NCBI GenBank assembly: GCA_016928155.1
Contig: JAFGLG010000005.1
Location: 128,340 to 192,339 of the forward strand
DNA length: 64,000 nucleotides
Reading direction: 5' to 3'
DNA from: Candidatus Woesearchaeota archaeon
GTDB lineage: Archaea; Nanobdellota; Nanobdellia; Woesearchaeales; JAFGLG01
Of the stretch, positions 12,919 to 22,549 are shown piece after piece (position 1 is the first letter of the stretch; each line of letters starts with the position of its first letter). A program made the translations under genes and the position numbers. The notes under the pieces were generated by a model. The model was not told the DNA's origin. It did not search any database and was given only the letters and a program-made list of their open reading frames with translations.

Positions 12919-13956
12919 TCACTGCAACATATCATCCTCATCATCCCAAGGTGGGTCTATATACACCGGAGTGTCCAGTTTCATAATCAAAGGAGATTGT
13001 CCTCCTCCACCACCCCCACCACCAATTTTGCTTGTATCACAGCAGACCCTTGTCTCTCCCCACGCATACCAGTATTGATCTCTTGGCACTTCAGCAGCAT
13101 CTGGGCAATTTGACGGATCCCTCAATTCTGTGATACCTGGATTTACATTCCAGCACTTCGGCCTGCAACCTGGAGGATACGCTGCTGCAAAACCACAAGC
13201 ATCTGAATCTTCTTCAATATCAACACATTCATAAGGGTCACAGGCATAGCAGTTGCTTTGACTGCAGCCTGAACTTCCGCCTGGTTTCAGGCAACAGACT
13301 GGATTGGGGTTACCACCTGACCAGAAGATATTGACCTCATCAGTTATATCTGTCTCGCCAGAAAGGCAGACATTATTCCTGACAACCTCGGAATCTGCGC
13401 TCTCACCAGGTATGTAATGATAGCAGTCAGGCTTGCATTGCCCATTATCCCAACCGCAATAAGGATACAGTTGATTATTTTCACATGCATCTTCGCTGCA
13501 TGATCCGCAGTTGTTAATATCACAACCTGCATCATAGCAACCACCTATACAGCAGACAAATCCCTCAGGGGCATCGTAGGAACTAACTTGTCTCCCCGAA
13601 CATGTGCCCTCCCCACAGAATGTTGTACCTCCTGCTGCACCGCAGGAAGGAAGACATTGATTATCTTTCCACCCGCAGTGCCCTCCTGGAATATTGGAAC
13701 ATTGATTTTGGTTACAATCTCCGCAATTATTGGCTGAGCATTGTGGAGCAGAGACCTTAATATTCAGAAAAGGACGGGAACCATAACCAAGCATATCCTC
13801 ACCAAGTTGGCTTCTGTCTGCAAAAACCATGATAAACAATGCAACAACAGCAACAACACCTACAACAATAAGATACGAATATTCCTGCTTCATATTATCA
13901 CCTATTTTTAAAATAACAATAGGAAAAAATAGTCTGTTATATATAAATTTGCCCAT
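12919..13956 (-). CDS. Cys-rich secreted or anchored surface protein. It has an N-terminal transmembrane segment, many CxxC/CG motifs and a poly-Gly stretch near the C-terminus.
   Basis: An N-terminal hydrophobic helix (VVGVVAVVALFIMVF) is followed by about 40 Cys residues. Confidence 0.55.
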   Translation of the reverse strand: MGKFIYNRLFFPIVILKIGDNMKQEYSYLIVVGVVAVVALFIMVFADRSQLGEDMLGYGSRPFLNIKVSAPQCSANNCGDCNQNQCSNIPGGHCGWKDNQCLPSCGAAGGTTFCGEGTCSGRQVSSYDAPEGFVCCIGGCYDAGCDINNCGSCSEDACENNQLYPYCGWDNGQCKPDCYHYIPGESADSEVVRNNVCLSGETDITDEVNIFWSGGNPNPVCCLKPGGSSGCSQSNCYACDPYECVDIEEDSDACGFAAAYPPGCRPKCWNVNPGITELRDPSNCPDAAEVPRDQYWYAWGETRVCCDTSKIGGGGGGGGQSPLIMKLDTPVYIDPPWDDEDDMLQ

Positions 13957-14134
13957 CGGCCCATAATGATAGGGGGTTTTAGGAGATATATTTTCTATAA
14001 TGAAAATATACCGGAGAATAATCAGCGGACATCAAAAAAACCCTAAGAAATAAATCCAAGATTCTAATATATAAAAATATACAATCCAATTCCATTACAT
14101 TTATAAAGGGCTCCCAGTTTCTCGGGCAAGGGTA

Positions 14135-14998
14135 TTGATGGCACAACAAAAGAAACAAGCACAGTCAACAGTAATGAGATGGAAAAAGAAGAGATGGTTC
14201 CATATAAAAGCGCCAAAGCTCTTCAATGAACAGGAAGTCGGTGAGACACCAGGAGAGACTGCTGAAGAGCTGGTCGGCAGAAGGATAAAAGTCAACCTGA
14301 TGCACCTGACCAGGGATATAAAGAAACAGAACTACAGGATCACATTCGAGATAACAAAAGGCTCTGGAGACTCATTGTTCACAAATTTCTACGGCTTCGA
14401 GATAATACCTGCCGCGGTCAGGAAGCTCATAAGGAGGAGCAGGACAAGGATAGATGATTCTGTTGTTGTGAAGACAAATGACAATGTCAAGGTAGCGGTC
14501 AAGCCTTTGCTCGTCACAAGACAGCTTGTCAACAACTCGCTCAAGTCAGAGCTGATAAAGTCATGCAGGAAACTGCTCAGCGAATACGCGAGCCAGGTAT
14601 CATACCACCAATTCGCGCACGATGTCGCATTCTTCAAGGTCCAGAAGACCATGAGAGACAGCTTAAGCAAGCTCTACCCGCTGAGGAACGCAGAGATCAG
14701 GCTGATGCATTTCTACAGAGAGAAGAAACAGCCAGAGACACCGGAAGAGACAGAGATAAGCAAAGACCTGAAAATAGAAGTAAAGGTCATTGAGAAACCC
14801 GAGGAAGAGCCGATAGAGGAAGAGACGGCAGAGGAATCAGAGAGCGGACCTGAAGACAAGGAAGATGGATCCGGCGAAGAACAGGAGAGCGAAGATGACA
14901 TAGAAGATGATTCTGATGCAGATGAAACAGAATCTGATGAAAGCGATGAAGCAGAGACAGATGAAGAAACAGAAGATGACGAAGAGCCCAAAGAATAA
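14135..14998 (+). CDS. rps3ae: Ribosomal protein S3Ae (eS1) with an unusual polyacidic C-terminal extension of about 80 aa.
   Basis: N-terminus KKKRWFHIKAPKLFNEQEVGETP is typical of S3Ae. The tail is EETAEESESGPEDKEDGSGEEQESEDD... Archaeal TATA box (ATTTATAAA) about 30 nt upstream. Confidence 0.75.
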   Translation: MMAQQKKQAQSTVMRWKKKRWFHIKAPKLFNEQEVGETPGETAEELVGRRIKVNLMHLTRDIKKQNYRITFEITKGSGDSLFTNFYGFEIIPAAVRKLIRRSRTRIDDSVVVKTNDNVKVAVKPLLVTRQLVNNSLKSELIKSCRKLLSEYASQVSYHQFAHDVAFFKVQKTMRDSLSKLYPLRNAEIRLMHFYREKKQPETPEETEISKDLKIEVKVIEKPEEEPIEEETAEESESGPEDKEDGSGEEQESEDDIEDDSDADETESDESDEAETDEETEDDEEPKE

Positions 14999-15031
14999 AA
15001 TTTATAATTTCTATCACAATATAGTGCACTC

Positions 15032-15634
15032 ATGAGAAAAATCCTCAGTTCTGGAGCAGAAGCAGTCATCTATAAGAATGACATTTCAGTGATCAAGGAC
15101 AGGGTCAGAAAAAGCTACAGGATAAAGGAGATAGATGAAACGTTGCGCAGAACAAGGACGCGAAGAGAAGCAAAAGTCCTCCAGAAACTGGCTGAGATAA
15201 ATTTCCCGGCACCAAGGCTCATCAGCACAGATGACAGGAAGATGCATATCCACATGGAGTATATCAAAGGGGATGTGCTCAAAGAGACATTTGACCAGGA
15301 TCACAAGAGATTCTCAGAAGAGATCGGCAAGAAGGTTGCGATACTGCACAACAATGGCATAATCCATGGAGACCTGACAACAAGCAACATGATATCCCGG
15401 GACGGGATAGTCTTCATCGATTTCGGCCTGAGCTTCTTCTCAAAGAAATACGAGGACAAGGCAGTTGACCTGCATCTCCTCAAGCAGGCGCTCGAGTCAA
15501 AGCACTGGAGAGTGTTCGATGAGGCATTCGATATCGTCAAAAGATCATATTCCGCGAATGCCGATGACGCAGGACAGATAATGCAGAGGTTCGAGGAAGT
15601 CGAGGCCAGAGGGAGGTATAAGGGGAAGCATTGA
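15032..15634 (+). CDS. bud32: Bud32/PRPK atypical kinase, the Kae1-associated kinase of the KEOPS complex.
   Basis: About 200 aa. Motifs GAEAVIY, catalytic-loop HGDLTTSNM, and DFGLS. Confidence 0.75.
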   Translation: MRKILSSGAEAVIYKNDISVIKDRVRKSYRIKEIDETLRRTRTRREAKVLQKLAEINFPAPRLISTDDRKMHIHMEYIKGDVLKETFDQDHKRFSEEIGKKVAILHNNGIIHGDLTTSNMISRDGIVFIDFGLSFFSKKYEDKAVDLHLLKQALESKHWRVFDEAFDIVKRSYSANADDAGQIMQRFEEVEARGRYKGKH

Positions 15635-15839
15635 ACGAAAATTATTTATACTTCTTCAGCCTACATAATTACATCATGGCAAGAGTTGATTTTATTCATT
15701 GAAAGCAAATTCCTTTTTCTTGTTAGTTTGAAATCCAAAATCTCCTGCGGGTACCATGCTAGCTTGCGCTAGCCCAACAAACAGACAAATTCTGAAAATG
15801 CACGATGATTGCAGAGAAATTGCATAACCCACAGATACT

Positions 15840-15911
15840 GGCAAGTGTGGTGTAATGGCAGCATAGCAGACTGTGGATCTGCAGGCCCGGGTCCGAATCC
15901 CGGCACCTGCC
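15840..15911 (+). tRNA. tRNA-His (anticodon GUG) with a genome-encoded G(-1). No CCA is encoded.
   Basis: Acceptor GCAAGTG/CACCTGC with one A·C mismatch. Anticodon arm GCAGA-CTGTGGA-TCTGC. T arm CCGGG-TCCGAAT-CCCGG. The extra 5' G lies opposite discriminator C. Sits directly upstream of hisS. Confidence 0.75.
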
Positions 15912-15927
15912 CTTCGGAGGTTCGACA

Positions 15928-16200
15928 ATGGATAATGAAGTAAGCCTGGAGAACAAGATAATCATATCACTCAAGACAGCAACGCTACCTGATATGCTGA
16001 CTGAAAGGCAGATTACCAAGCTGATGTCAGCAGGAGACCCGACCATCGAATACCAGAGGTCACAATTTGAAGAGATAAGAAAAGCGAGCGATGCCATAAT
16101 GATCATAACAAAAATCTACGGCGCTGATTCAAGAGAAGCAGACATCAGCCTGATGCACTTACGACAGATAGAATCAATGTACCACGGGTGGATGGAATAG
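15928..16200 (+). CDS. Hypothetical protein of 90 aa.
   Basis: ORF between tRNA-His and hisS. No motif recognised. Confidence 0.35.
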   Translation: MDNEVSLENKIIISLKTATLPDMLTERQITKLMSAGDPTIEYQRSQFEEIRKASDAIMIITKIYGADSREADISLMHLRQIESMYHGWME

Positions 16201-16247
16201 CATCTTTATAAACACCCCAAAACATTTTTAAACAATACCGGCAGAAG

Positions 16248-17555
16248 GTGGGAGAAATGACTAAAATAAAGACCGAGACACCCAAAGGGATGCGCGACTT
16301 CCTGCCAGAAGAGATGATCAAGCGGGAATATGTCATGGAACGCATCAAGAAGATATTCGAGAAATACGGATTTGACCCCCTTGAGACACCTGCTGTAGAA
16401 TATGCAGAAGTCCTTACAGGGAAGTACGGGGAGGATGAGAAGCTCATCTACAAATTCTTTGATAAGGGCAACAGGGAGCTGGCGCTGCGCTATGACCTTA
16501 CAGTACCGCTCGCAAGAGTCATGGCAGCAAATCCGAACCTCCCAAAGCCGTTCAAGAGATACCATATCAGCAGGGTATGGAGATATGACAGGCCGCAGAA
16601 AGGGCGCTACAAGGAATTCTGGCAGTGCGACATCGACACCATAGGCAGCAAGTCCATGAAGGCAGATGCCGAGCTCATCGCAGTCATGACAGAAGTGATG
16701 AAGGAACTGGGATTCAAGAAATTCACAATCCAGATCAACAACAGGAAACTGCTCAATGGGATAATGCTCTATTCGGGTCTCAAGACAGACAAGATAAAGG
16801 AAGCGCTCATCTCCCTCGACAAGATCAACAAGGTCGGAAAGCTGGGAGTCATCGAAGAGATGAAGAACAGGGAGATAAAAGAAGAGAGCATCAACAAGAT
16901 AATGGAGCTCATGGTAAAAGAAGGGAGCGATGAAGGCATACTGGCTGAGCTCAAGGACAAGGTCACAGATGCAGAGGGCATGGAAGGGCTCAAAGAGATG
17001 GAAGAGCTGCTTTCCATACTCAAGGAGATGGGCATAGACAAGATGTACAAGCTTGTGCTCTCGCTCGCAAGAGGACTTGATTACTACACTGGAACAATAT
17101 TCGAGACAGTCGTGGAGGAACCAAGCATAGGATCCCTCACAGGAGGGGGCAGGTATGACACGCTCATCGGAAGATTCTCAAACAATGACCTTCCAGCAGT
17201 CGGAACCAGCTTCGGGATCGAAAGGATAATAGATGTCATGAAAGAGCTCAGGATGGGGCTTCCTGAACAGAAGACCAAGTCAAAGGTGTTCGCAGTGAAT
17301 GTGACACCTGATACAGAAAAGGATGTCAACAGGATAGTGAGCGACCTAAGGGCAGAAGGCATCAGCGCCCAGAGCGACCTCATGGGAAGGCCGATAAGCA
17401 AGCAGATAAAATTCGCAGACAGCCTGGGCATACCATTTGTCGTCATAGTCGGGCCGGATGAGCTCAAGGAAGGCATGGTGAAGCTCAAGGACATGAAGAC
17501 AGGAACAGAAGAGAACATCAAAGTCAGAGAGCTTGCAAAAAAACTTGGAATATAA
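16248..17555 (+). CDS. hisS: Histidyl-tRNA synthetase.
   Basis: Class II aaRS motifs (RYDLTVPLAR, FKRYHISRVWRYDRPQKGRYKEFWQCD, GGGRYD) and a C-terminal anticodon-binding domain. GGTGGG ribosome-binding site. Confidence 0.9.
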   Translation: MGEMTKIKTETPKGMRDFLPEEMIKREYVMERIKKIFEKYGFDPLETPAVEYAEVLTGKYGEDEKLIYKFFDKGNRELALRYDLTVPLARVMAANPNLPKPFKRYHISRVWRYDRPQKGRYKEFWQCDIDTIGSKSMKADAELIAVMTEVMKELGFKKFTIQINNRKLLNGIMLYSGLKTDKIKEALISLDKINKVGKLGVIEEMKNREIKEESINKIMELMVKEGSDEGILAELKDKVTDAEGMEGLKEMEELLSILKEMGIDKMYKLVLSLARGLDYYTGTIFETVVEEPSIGSLTGGGRYDTLIGRFSNNDLPAVGTSFGIERIIDVMKELRMGLPEQKTKSKVFAVNVTPDTEKDVNRIVSDLRAEGISAQSDLMGRPISKQIKFADSLGIPFVVIVGPDELKEGMVKLKDMKTGTEENIKVRELAKKLGI

Positions 17556-17568
17556 GAAGAAAGAATTC

Positions 17569-18459
17569 TCACTTTGTCAATACTTCGCATCCACCCCCTG
17601 TGACAAGCACAGTGTGCTCTGCCTGGCTGACCAGGCCCTTTGCCTTGTCATTGAGAGGAGGATAAAGCCTGAGAATGCCTTTCTCAGTCAGTTCTTTCAG
17701 GGCAAAATTCACCTTGAAGTAAGGCATCTTCCTTGTGAGCCACCTTGTGGTGAAAGGGAGCCCATTGAACTTCTCAATCTCCCTGAGGACCAGCCGGGTT
17801 ATTGGGCTGCGCACAGGTTTCTTATCTTCAATCATAAAAATCTCAGCAGAGTCCCCCTCCACAACCATGCCCTGCCCGTCTGTTGCAAAAGGCTCGATGG
17901 CAAAGACCATCCCCTCCTCCACACAGGTATCATCTCCATTGTCATAATTAGGGATCTGCGGAGCGGTGTGCACTGAGAACCTCCCGACACCATGGCCGGA
18001 AAGGTTCTTGATAGGCACATAGCCATACCCCACTATCGAATCCTGAATAACCTTTCCTATGGCGCCGAGAGTCACGCCCGGCTTTATTATCCTGATGGCA
18101 TTTTTCAGGGCTTCCTCAGAAGCAGCGACGAGCTTAGAATGAGAACCGAGGTCAATGGTCACAGCAGTGTCTGCCACATAACCATCGACATGCGCGCCAA
18201 GGTCAAGCTTCAGAACATCCCCTGTGCTGAACAATGTCCCATCATTCGGACCAGGGCAGTTATGGGCGGCAGTATGATTGAAAGATATCTGGACAGGAAA
18301 GGCCATATCTCCCCCAAGCCCGACAATCTTTTCTTCAATAAGGTCAGTGACTTCCCTCAGGGAAGCGCCGACCCTTATCAGGCCCTTACCATATTCCCTT
18401 GCCCCGGCAGTGATCCTGCCTGCTTCCCTGAATCTCTCCAGCTCTTCATCAGAATACAT
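17569..18459 (-). CDS. map: Methionine aminopeptidase (archaeal/type 2-like, 296 aa).
   Basis: Pita-bread fold metal-ligand pattern (D..D..H..E..E). Length typical of archaeal MetAP. Confidence 0.75.
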   Translation of the reverse strand: MYSDEELERFREAGRITAGAREYGKGLIRVGASLREVTDLIEEKIVGLGGDMAFPVQISFNHTAAHNCPGPNDGTLFSTGDVLKLDLGAHVDGYVADTAVTIDLGSHSKLVAASEEALKNAIRIIKPGVTLGAIGKVIQDSIVGYGYVPIKNLSGHGVGRFSVHTAPQIPNYDNGDDTCVEEGMVFAIEPFATDGQGMVVEGDSAEIFMIEDKKPVRSPITRLVLREIEKFNGLPFTTRWLTRKMPYFKVNFALKELTEKGILRLYPPLNDKAKGLVSQAEHTVLVTGGGCEVLTK

Positions 18460-20367
18460 TCACACCACGACCAAATCCGCTTCCTTATTTCTCCCGTTAT
18501 CTCTCTCTTCTTTTCTCTCTTTATTTCTCTCCATATTCCTCTTTTTATTTTTCCTGATGACATGAATAAGCTCAATCAACATGGCACTGCTCCATGCCTG
18601 CGAGAAGCACCCCCTGCTCTCAAGCCTTGAAGCAGAGCTTATCTCGGCATGGTGGCCGATCGCACCTGAATACAATATCTCATTAGTTGATGCACTGACA
18701 ATCCTGTCAATCTTTTCCTGATAATACTTACTATCTACCTGATGCATGCAAAGGGCTGCAAGGTTGTTTATCCAGAACCAGGAATCACCGCGATGATAGC
18801 TCATGTTGTCAGTGCCTGTATGGGTGTCCCTGAAGAGCGGATGGTCCTTCTCTATCGTGGATATGCCGCCCCATCCCAACCAGAGCTTGTCCAGAGCACT
18901 GTCAAAGATCCTTTTCCATTCTGCTTTCGAGAAAAGCTTCGGATATATGTAGTATGTAAGGAAAACATTCGGCCTCTGGGTCATGTCATCAATGCCATCA
19001 GCAAGCCTGCCATCCTTGAAGAACTCCTGCCTGATCTTCTTCTTCAAAGAATCCCTCTGGCTCTTCGCAACATTCGGCATCTTGAGGATCTCAGAGAGCT
19101 TGATCCAAAAATCAAACATGCAGAGTGTCAGGGCCTGTATCTCAATCCTCACACCAGATCTCGCATCCTGGCCGCCGATATGCGTATCCATCCAGGTCTC
19201 AAGCTCCTTGTTCCATATCAGGCCATCGACAGCATATGTGTTGAAGAGCTGTGAGATGCTCTTCTCGAGCTTTTCCTTGATAACATAGAGCTCAGGGAGG
19301 CTCAGGTATATCTTCATGTCATCGCGCATATCAAGATGTCTAAGGAAATCAGACAGTCTCCTGAAAAGCCACCCTACACCATCGGCATTGCCCAGCTTGG
19401 CATCTGGTTTCCTGTTCGGGAGCCTTCCATCAGGAAGCAACGCCCTCAGATGATCAAACAGGACTCGCTTCACAAGACTAAGCTTGTTCGACAATATCAT
19501 TGAACCTAAAGAAATGGTCTCATCCCTTGTCCAGAACTGGAAAAACCAGGGAAGACCTGCATATATCCCTGTCCTGCCATCAACTGTGCAGAGCAGGGAA
19601 TCAAGAGAGTACTGCGCGCATGCAAGAGCAAAATCCTGTTCAGAAGACGGAGAGCCGAGCATCACATCATAATACTGCTCTTCTCTTGCCTTCAAGCCAT
19701 TGATGTTGGCGAATACAAAATCCGCCTCCTTGAGAGCCTTCTCCCTGTCCAATGAGAAAGAAAAGACAAAGTTCTTCCCGATGATGGAGAGCGCCCTGTA
19801 CACATACCATTCATGATGAGAATCTTTCCTCTGCCGCTCATACTCATAGCCCTCCTTGATCCACTCGTTGATCATGTCAAATTGCCCTGAATCAGACCTT
19901 ATCGCAAGATAAGCCTCATACTTCTTCTGGTCACCGACATGTTTTGTGAACCTCACGAGGATGGTGTCCCTCACCTTCTCAATATCATATGCTCTCCCCC
20001 ATTCATCATAATCATATATCTGCCTCATATCAAGGTCTATGATTACCTCCTGCTCCCTGTCAAGCTGATAGACAAATGAATCATGATTCCGGGGCATGAA
20101 AAAAGACTCGGTGAGATTCTTCCTCTTCCTTCTCACCTGGCAGAACTGGTTTATGACCTCCTCAACAGGCTCTTCAGACGGTATCAGATTAGACACCACC
20201 TTGTACATACTCCACCTGTCATTGCAGAAAAATCCATTATATTTGGTGTAAGGCAGCTCAGAGAAAAGCATGAATGCACCTGTGCGGTTAGTCATGATGA
20301 ATGAGCTGTCACTCCCTTCCACCTGCTTCGATATCTTCTTCCCCTTCAGCGAATGTGATATCCTCAT
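18460..20367 (-). CDS. Glycogen debranching enzyme-like (amylo-alpha-1,6-glucosidase family) with a Lys/Glu/Arg-rich C-terminal tail.
   Basis: GDE C-domain-like segments (GYSWFWINNLAAL, DGLIWN). The tail is encoded by a TC-rich polypyrimidine tract at 18470-18560. Confidence 0.6.
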   Translation of the reverse strand: MRISHSLKGKKISKQVEGSDSSFIMTNRTGAFMLFSELPYTKYNGFFCNDRWSMYKVVSNLIPSEEPVEEVINQFCQVRRKRKNLTESFFMPRNHDSFVYQLDREQEVIIDLDMRQIYDYDEWGRAYDIEKVRDTILVRFTKHVGDQKKYEAYLAIRSDSGQFDMINEWIKEGYEYERQRKDSHHEWYVYRALSIIGKNFVFSFSLDREKALKEADFVFANINGLKAREEQYYDVMLGSPSSEQDFALACAQYSLDSLLCTVDGRTGIYAGLPWFFQFWTRDETISLGSMILSNKLSLVKRVLFDHLRALLPDGRLPNRKPDAKLGNADGVGWLFRRLSDFLRHLDMRDDMKIYLSLPELYVIKEKLEKSISQLFNTYAVDGLIWNKELETWMDTHIGGQDARSGVRIEIQALTLCMFDFWIKLSEILKMPNVAKSQRDSLKKKIRQEFFKDGRLADGIDDMTQRPNVFLTYYIYPKLFSKAEWKRIFDSALDKLWLGWGGISTIEKDHPLFRDTHTGTDNMSYHRGDSWFWINNLAALCMHQVDSKYYQEKIDRIVSASTNEILYSGAIGHHAEISSASRLESRGCFSQAWSSAMLIELIHVIRKNKKRNMERNKERKEERDNGRNKEADLVVV

Positions 20368-21029
20368 ATGCTCATCACGCTCACAAGAGCCAAAAGGCTC
20401 TTCATGTCCCTTATCTCATCGAAATTCTCAATTATGATATCAGCCCTGCCCAGCTTCCTGGCGCTGACTGAAGTAGGCACACCTATGCAGAACATCCCGG
20501 CAGATTTCGCAGCCTCAACACCAGAGGGAGAGTCCTCTATGACAACACAATCATCAGGATGGACACCGAGCCTCTTGGCTGCCTTCAGATAGATCTCCGG
20601 ATCAGGCTTTGACCTCTTGATGTCCTCTGCTGTAAGGACAGCGTCAAATAATCCCTTGATCCCTAGCTTGCTTATCATCAGTGTTGCCTCTTTCAATTCA
20701 GAACCAGTAGCAAGAGCCAGCTTGAACTTTCCATGCAATGACCTCAAGAACCCCACAGAGCCAGGGACAGGGAAAAGATCATCCTTTGCCAGCGCAAGAA
20801 ATAACCTGTGCTTCTTCGCAATAAGCTTCCTGACATCAGCCTTCAAGCTGAAATGACCCAATAAGTTTGCCATTCCGACCTTATCTGAAAGGCCCAGGAC
20901 AAGCCTGTCATAAACAGCCTGATCCAACACTTTCCCATGATCCGCAAAGACAGCGCTGAATGCCCTGAAATGCAGCTTCTCGCTGTCTGCCAATACATTG
21001 TCCAGATCAAAAATCACAGCCCTTATCAT
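20364..21029 (-). CDS. HAD-superfamily hydrolase of the beta-phosphoglucomutase family.
   Basis: Motif I (FDLDNVL), motif II (ATGS), and motif III/IV (K...EDS..G). Confidence 0.7.
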   Translation of the reverse strand: MIRAVIFDLDNVLADSEKLHFRAFSAVFADHGKVLDQAVYDRLVLGLSDKVGMANLLGHFSLKADVRKLIAKKHRLFLALAKDDLFPVPGSVGFLRSLHGKFKLALATGSELKEATLMISKLGIKGLFDAVLTAEDIKRSKPDPEIYLKAAKRLGVHPDDCVVIEDSPSGVEAAKSAGMFCIGVPTSVSARKLGRADIIIENFDEIRDMKSLLALVSVMSI

Positions 21030-22354
21030 TTTCCCTCAATGATACCGATTATCATTGACCTCTTCTCCTCCAGTATCACCTTGTTGTCAGCCTCAATCCT
21101 CAGCCTGACAAGAGGTTCTGTATTCGATTTCCTCAGGCTGAACCACCAATCATCATATTCGATGTACACACCGTCGATGTCAGAGCTCCTGCCGTCAGAG
21201 AAAGCAGACTTGACCCTGCTGAGAACCATGTCTGCATCATCAACCACCATGTTTATCTCTTCAGTATGCGCGTACCTGTCGATCGGAGCAATGAGCTCAG
21301 AAAGCCTGCGCCCGCTCTTTGCCAGTATCGCCAATGCCTTGACAGAGCAGAACAGACCGTCGTCAATGCAGAAATTATCCCTGAACATGACATGACCTGA
21401 GAATTCCCCTGCAAGGATGCCTCCCTCATTGACAAGCTTCTCCTTGTAGAAAGGGTTTCCCACCCTCATCTTTATCGGGATGCCACCATCCTTCCTGACA
21501 TCTTCCTCCACTGCTTTTGAAAACCTCAGGTCATAATACACCTTTTCGCCCTGATGATGCTTCAGCTCATCAGAAGCCAGCAGGGCAAGAAGCATGTCCG
21601 GGAAAACCAGTTCCCCTTTCTCGTCGACAAACTGGCACCTGTCAGCATCACCATCAAAGAAAATGCCGCAATCGGCCTTCTCCATTACAACCCTCTTCTG
21701 GAGATCCCTGAAATTCCCGATCTCATGAGGATTAGCCGGATGATTCGGGAAAGACATGTCCATCTCAGGATACATGTGGATCGCCTCCACAGGCAAGGAA
21801 TCGAACAGGGGCCTGGCAGTCAGGGCACCCATGCCATTGCCGTAATCAAACACAATCTTAAGATCCCTGATGCCTTCTGCAAATCCTTTCACATGATCAA
21901 GATAATCCTTAAGCACATCCTTCTGATTGATACTGCCTTTTCTTGCATCATCAAAACTGCCCTTCTCGACCAGTCCCCTGATCTGATCAATGCTGTCTGA
22001 ATGCATCTGGACACCCTTAGGCCTTATGAGCTTGAATGCATTATACTGCGCCGGGTTGTGAGAGGCGCTTATCATGATGCCGCCTGAGTAATTGAAATTG
22101 GCAACAGAGAAGCTCAGCATAGGTGTGGTCACGAGCCCTATATCAACAACATCAGCACCCTGGTCAGTTATCCCATCAGTCAAGGCCTTGAACAATGAGG
22201 GTGATGATCCCCGCATATCCCTGCCAACAACAACTGAATCACACTTCAGAAATGCAACAAATGCCCTGCCTATCTTATATGCGAGCCTCTCATCAAGCTC
22301 AACAGGGTACACGCCCCTTATATCATATGCTTTGAATACAGATATCCAAATCAC
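21026..22354 (-). CDS. Phosphomannomutase/phosphoglucomutase.
   Basis: Phosphoserine-loop SASHNP, metal-binding DGDADR, sugar-binding GEFSGH. Confidence 0.85.
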   Translation of the reverse strand: MIWISVFKAYDIRGVYPVELDERLAYKIGRAFVAFLKCDSVVVGRDMRGSSPSLFKALTDGITDQGADVVDIGLVTTPMLSFSVANFNYSGGIMISASHNPAQYNAFKLIRPKGVQMHSDSIDQIRGLVEKGSFDDARKGSINQKDVLKDYLDHVKGFAEGIRDLKIVFDYGNGMGALTARPLFDSLPVEAIHMYPEMDMSFPNHPANPHEIGNFRDLQKRVVMEKADCGIFFDGDADRCQFVDEKGELVFPDMLLALLASDELKHHQGEKVYYDLRFSKAVEEDVRKDGGIPIKMRVGNPFYKEKLVNEGGILAGEFSGHVMFRDNFCIDDGLFCSVKALAILAKSGRRLSELIAPIDRYAHTEEINMVVDDADMVLSRVKSAFSDGRSSDIDGVYIEYDDWWFSLRKSNTEPLVRLRIEADNKVILEEKRSMIIGIIEGK

Positions 22355-22549
22355 CTCACTGCATGGTCAGATAATACAAATGATACAAATAATGCATATG
22401 ATGCAGATATTTGATATTATAAAACTTTCTATTTAAATAGAGTGTGTGTCACTACTGAAGAAAAATAAATCAATCAGAAATCATTTCGGTATCAGATATT
22501 ATTCTGTAATATCATTTCACAATATCATTTCACAATACTATTTTGCAAT

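Noticed and set aside
12919-13956. The poly-Gly run (GGGGGGG) and its coding poly-C/G DNA as a possible homopolymer contingency locus.
   Set aside because: The run is encoded by mixed codons (ggtggtgggggtggtggaggagga on the coding strand), not a pure mononucleotide tract. Slipped-strand phase variation is therefore unlikely.
16402-16933. Arg/His/Gln-rich ORFs (16402..16644 and 16625..16933) inside hisS.
   Set aside because: Alternative-frame readings of the well-supported hisS gene. The low-complexity basic composition is a frame artefact.
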